NCBI GenBank assembly: GCA_019119235.1
Contig: DWXL01000088.1
Span: 1 to 51,761, forward strand
Direction of reading: 5' to 3'
DNA: 51,761 bases
Origin: Candidatus Blautia excrementigallinarum
GTDB taxonomy: Bacteria > Bacillota > Clostridia > Lachnospirales > Lachnospiraceae
Of the stretch, positions 48,571 through 51,761 are shown one piece after another; the first letter of the stretch is position 1, and each line of letters begins with the position of its first letter. Position numbers and translations under genes: made by a program. Under the pieces are notes generated by a model, which had not been told where the DNA came from, did not search any database, and saw nothing but the letters and a program-made list of their open reading frames with translations.

Positions 48571-49005
48571 TCACGCAAAAACAGCATATCCATTTTTGCC
48601 GTCCTTTTTGAACAGGATCAGTAATTCCCGCAAAAAACGGGCGCAAAGAAATATAGCAGGCTGAAAGCAGGCAAAAAAACGCTCCTCTCTGGGAACATTA
48701 AGCAGCCGCCTCCTGCTCACAAGAACTGTCAGAACAGCAAAACCCAAAAGTCCGTTGGAAAACGGACGCTTCGCCAGCCTGGCAGGTCCCACATACAGTA
48801 TCAGTGGAAAATTCGCCACCGCCTCAGTCTCTGATATATAACAGAGCGAAAGGTCATCATCTTCTCCGCCGTCAGATCCCGGCAACGCGGTGTCTTCTGT
48901 CATTACAGCTTCTTTCGGACAGAACACGGCATTGTCCGTTATCAGTAAACAGAGCACAGCCAGCATGCAGACAAGTATCAGGCTGTGATGAAATTTCCCG
49001 TTCAC
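48571..49005 (-). CDS. Hypothetical small membrane-associated protein
   Basis: Strong AAAGGAG RBS before GTG; hydrophobic N-terminus; first gene after a sigmaA promoter. Confidence 0.55.
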   Translation of the reverse strand: MNGKFHHSLILVCMLAVLCLLITDNAVFCPKEAVMTEDTALPGSDGGEDDDLSLCYISETEAVANFPLILYVGPARLAKRPFSNGLLGFAVLTVLVSRRRLLNVPREERFFACFQPAIFLCARFLRELLILFKKDGKNGYAVFA

Positions 49006-49035
49006 AGTATTTTCTCCTTTCCGTCAATTATCTAA

Positions 49036-49064
49036 AAAATAACATCACCTCACCTATTTGTCAA
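49036..49064 (-). promoter_or_regulatory. sigmaA promoter for the element's cargo genes
   Basis: TTGACA-N17-TATTTT with TG extension. Confidence 0.55.
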
Positions 49065-50712
49065 TACTGGTTCTTTCGCCTTCCGTAAACCCACAGTTTC
49101 CTTCGTCCGCCGCAAACCGGTAATAAATTTTCAACTGTCTCTTATCCTGTACTTCAATTCTGCTGATCATTTTCAACACAATATCTCTTTTCAGGGCGCC
49201 CGTCCGGATACGGGTCTTCAGATCCTCCGCAGCAGAACCTGAGGCCGCGTATTCTGCCGCGCACGGAACGGTTCTGTCTCCTCTTTCTTTTTGAAGACTT
49301 TGCAGCCTGAATGTGTATAATTCCGTTTTTTTCTCATAATCAGCGCGGCAGGACAGAAATTCCTCCCTGGTAAGCAGGCCCTCCCTGTAGTCTTCGTATA
49401 CATGGCGGCCGAGTCTCCTTACTTTTTCAAGGTCTTTTCTGAGCCGGTTCTCCTCCATGCCGTCACGCCCTGCGTCTTCATTCATCATACGTCGGATCTC
49501 ATCTCTGTACGATCCCGCGCAGTCCAGCAGAGTGCAGAGGTCGGCCTTCACCGCCTCCTCCAGGATCCTGAAATCCGTCCTGTGAGGACTGCAGAAAACC
49601 CGCCCGTTCCGTTTGTATGTTCCACAGTACAGCACGGCCGCACTGCTTCCGTCCGCTCTGCGCCAGCTGTTCCGTATCATGGAACTTCCGCAGGTTCCGC
49701 ATCTGGCCAGCCCGGCAAAAACATTTCGCACAGACACAGCGCTATAACTTCTCCGGTTCACTGTCATCTGCTCCTGGACAGTCTTCCAAAGTTCTCTGTC
49801 TATAAGAGGCTCATGAGTGTTCTCCACACGGATCCAGTCGCAACGGGGCACGGCCCTCTGACACCCCCGCATCTTCTGGGTCTTTTTCCCCTGCACCATG
49901 GTTCCGGTATACATCTCATTGCGCAGAATCTGATGGACCGCTGAATACGTCCAGCCCCGTCCCGGAATTTCTCCGGGATTACAGTAATTCTCGCCCTTCA
50001 GCCTTTTGTATGCGGAAGGCGAGGGAACCGACTCCCTGTTAAGCGTTTTTGCGATCTCCGACTTGGACATTCCGTCTGCGTAAAGTAAAAAAATCCGCCT
50101 TACTATCCCCGCAGCATAAGGATCCGGCGCCAGCCTGTTCCCTGCTCCGGGACATTTCCTGTAACCGTAGCAGGCAAATGCTCCCACAAATTCGCCGGCT
50201 TCCTGTTTTGCCTTTACTGCGGCATGTATTTTTACAGAAATGTCCCGGGCGTACTGCTCGTTAAAAATATTTTTCAGCGGAAGGAGTAGATCATAGGACT
50301 TTTCCCTGCTGTCAATGTCATCGATAAGAGAAATAAAACGAACACCTTTTCCGGGAAAATATTTTTCCAGATATCTTCCTGTCTCAATATAATCTCTTCC
50401 GAACCTTGAAAGGTCCTTAACGATCACACAGTTTACTTTTTTATCTTCAATGTCCCGGATCATACGCCTGAATCCGGGTCTTTCAAAGCTCGTTCCCGAA
50501 TAACCGTCGTCCACGTAAACGTCCCGGACCGTTATTTCAGCGTTTCTTTCAACAAATCCAAAAAGCAGCTTCTTCTGATTCCCTACGCTGTCGCTCTCTT
50601 CTTTATCCCCGTCCTCCCTGGAGAGACGGATATAGAGCGCCGCCCGGTAGAGAGCCGATGAAAAAGCCTCTTCTGTTCCGCCGCCGTATCGAAATGCCGA
50701 AGCGCCGCTCAT
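49054..50712 (-). CDS. Large serine recombinase (resolvase + recombinase + Zn ribbon)
   Basis: YIRLSRED, DDGYSG, KDLSRFGR, CGTCG...CGTY...C Zn ribbon, coiled coil; ATGA overlap with the upstream ORF. Confidence 0.95.
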   Translation of the reverse strand: MSGASAFRYGGGTEEAFSSALYRAALYIRLSREDGDKEESDSVGNQKKLLFGFVERNAEITVRDVYVDDGYSGTSFERPGFRRMIRDIEDKKVNCVIVKDLSRFGRDYIETGRYLEKYFPGKGVRFISLIDDIDSREKSYDLLLPLKNIFNEQYARDISVKIHAAVKAKQEAGEFVGAFACYGYRKCPGAGNRLAPDPYAAGIVRRIFLLYADGMSKSEIAKTLNRESVPSPSAYKRLKGENYCNPGEIPGRGWTYSAVHQILRNEMYTGTMVQGKKTQKMRGCQRAVPRCDWIRVENTHEPLIDRELWKTVQEQMTVNRRSYSAVSVRNVFAGLARCGTCGSSMIRNSWRRADGSSAAVLYCGTYKRNGRVFCSPHRTDFRILEEAVKADLCTLLDCAGSYRDEIRRMMNEDAGRDGMEENRLRKDLEKVRRLGRHVYEDYREGLLTREEFLSCRADYEKKTELYTFRLQSLQKERGDRTVPCAAEYAASGSAAEDLKTRIRTGALKRDIVLKMISRIEVQDKRQLKIYYRFAADEGNCGFTEGERTSIDK

Positions 50713-50912
50713 CTTCCCGCCCCGGTTTCCGCTTCTGTGAAATGCTTCTCCCGATCCCCACATCCGTCTGCCGGATCCATTCCGCCGTTTTCTCCGGCAG
50801 AAGCAGACAATCCGCCATAACTTCTATATATATAGGAAATCATTTCTCCGGCTGTGATCTCTCCGAGAAAAATCCTCTCGATTCTGTATGGTTCCTGCGG
50901 TCTTTCCTTCAT
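50709..50912 (-). CDS. Small protein translationally coupled to the recombinase (candidate directionality factor)
   Basis: MKERPQEPYRIERIFLGEIT..., 67 aa; AAAGGGG RBS; stop overlaps the recombinase ATG. Confidence 0.55.
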   Translation of the reverse strand: MKERPQEPYRIERIFLGEITAGEMISYIYRSYGGLSASAGENGGMDPADGCGDREKHFTEAETGAGR

Positions 50913-50980
50913 ATTCTGTCCCCTTTCTTTCCTGATACAGTAGAAACAATACCCGGTCATTCAGGATGTTTTCTGATGAC

Positions 50981-51010
50981 AGAATATGCCGCAATTCCTG
51001 TCCATTATGC
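50981..51010 (-). promoter_or_regulatory. Sporulation-sigma-like promoter for the small ORF and recombinase
   Basis: GCATAAT-N15-CATATTCT, resembling the B. subtilis sigmaE consensus. Confidence 0.5.
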
Positions 51011-51079
51011 TGATTCAGAGAAAAATCTGCGCAGACTGTTTCCTCCATGTCCCGCGTCAAGCATAATTTTGTACGCCAT
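51005..51079 (-). CDS. 5' portion of the split amidase (MAYKIMLDAGHGG, then 11 element-derived codons and a stop)
   Basis: GGGAGG RBS; textbook Amidase_3 N-terminus xIMLDAGHGG; too short for the ORF track. Confidence 0.9.
   Translation of the reverse strand: MAYKIMLDAGHGGNSLRRFFSESA
51028..51050 (-). repeat. att site at the 5' amidase fragment (core plus arm)
   Basis: Minus strand ACATGGAGGAA-ACAGTCTGCGCA. Confidence 0.85.
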
Positions 51080-51118
51080 CGCCAATTCCTCCCTGCATTA
51101 CTTTTATAGGTTATTTAT

Positions 51119-51126
51119 AATATATG
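51119..51126 (-). promoter_or_regulatory. Mother-cell sigma (sigmaK/sigmaE)-like -10 for the amidase
   Basis: CATATATT about 40 nt upstream of the ATG; -35 not clear. Confidence 0.45.
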
Positions 51127-51165
51127 CCGCTTCCCTGATTACGCGCAGTATCAAAATCCCGCGGT

Positions 51166-51761
51166 TCATTCTTCCGGATACGTACCCTGATGTTCACCGG
51201 AAAGCGCGCACATGGCAAAGGTTCCGCTCTCCCTGTCGTAGCGGTAAATATTAAGAGTCAGAAAATCTTCCGGCGGCGTGGTCTCCCTCACAGTATCCGC
51301 CAGAACCAGTCTGAGATCTTCCGGATCAACGCATGACGCACGGTGTATCATAACTTCATGAATACTGGTAAACACCATGTAGAAACTGTCTTCCAGAAGA
51401 GCCGCGATCCTCTCCGCCACGCCGGGAAGGAAGACCGCCGCGGCGCCGTTCGTCCTCTTTGTAGTACTCAGGCAGTTCCCCATAACGCCTTTCCGGAGCG
51501 GATAATCGGACAACAGATTCATAAAGTTGTCGCCTTCATAGCTTTCGGAAAAAAGCATCTTCTCCCACTGGTAGATCCTGGGCGGAGAAAGAAAATAGGT
51601 GTTCACCAGCGCTTCGTCAAATACTTCGTCCCTGTCCTTCCCCCATCTTTCGAGCAGCGGCTCCCGTATCTTCATACTTGCCATACAGCCGGATACTTCT
51701 CCCATGCGGGCATAGAGCACCAGCGCAATATCACCCAGCCTCCTGTAAACCGCATTCTCCA
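51166..51761 (-). CDS. DUF5688-like hypothetical protein (5' end outside the window)
   Basis: TNGAAAVF, SIHEVMIH and FLTLNIYRYDRE patterns; frame stays open to the window end. Confidence 0.65.
   Translation of the reverse strand, partial: ENAVYRRLGDIALVLYARMGEVSGCMASMKIREPLLERWGKDRDEVFDEALVNTYFLSPPRIYQWEKMLFSESYEGDNFMNLLSDYPLRKGVMGNCLSTTKRTNGAAAVFLPGVAERIAALLEDSFYMVFTSIHEVMIHRASCVDPEDLRLVLADTVRETTPPEDFLTLNIYRYDRESGTFAMCALSGEHQGTYPEE

Larger units (their letters stand above)
44674..51050 (-). mobile_element. Serine-recombinase gene-intervening element (6,366 bp excisable) inside the amidase gene
   Basis: 11-bp direct repeat TTCCTCCATGT at 44674-44684 and 51040-51050; 17-bp inverted arms; encodes a large serine recombinase. 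Confidence 0.9.

Noticed and set aside
48528-49053. c-di-AMP riboswitch expected upstream of ktrAB
   Set aside because: Conserved riboswitch motifs not found by eye, and an ORF with a strong RBS occupies the space; an Infernal search would settle it.
44674-51050. Prophage or ICE interpretation of the recombinase element
   Set aside because: No structural, replication, relaxase or T4SS genes between the att sites.

Overview
Chromosomal window from a spore-forming Clostridia bacterium, probably Lachnospiraceae judging by gene content and order (inference). Most genes are on the minus strand. It has two housekeeping blocks: tsf-rpsB-rsuA...argS-degV, and scfA/scfB-secDF-recJ-apt-relA-hemZ-hisS-aspS. 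Between them is an accessory transport region (9.2-24.6 kb) with sugar-type ABC permeases paired with a membrane-fusion protein, a split OmpR/histidine-kinase pair with four matching operator boxes, two long structured palindromes and a MacB-type exporter with two adaptors. The main finding is at 43.9-51.1 kb. A CwlC-like N-acetylmuramoyl-L-alanine amidase gene is split at its GHGG motif by a 6,366-bp element bounded by an 11-bp direct repeat (ACATGGAGGAA). The element encodes a large serine recombinase, a candidate directionality factor, and K+ and phosphate uptake genes. Precise excision would rebuild an intact 254-aa amidase, so this looks like a skin-like, developmentally excised gene-intervening element. 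No rRNA, tRNA or CRISPR array was seen.
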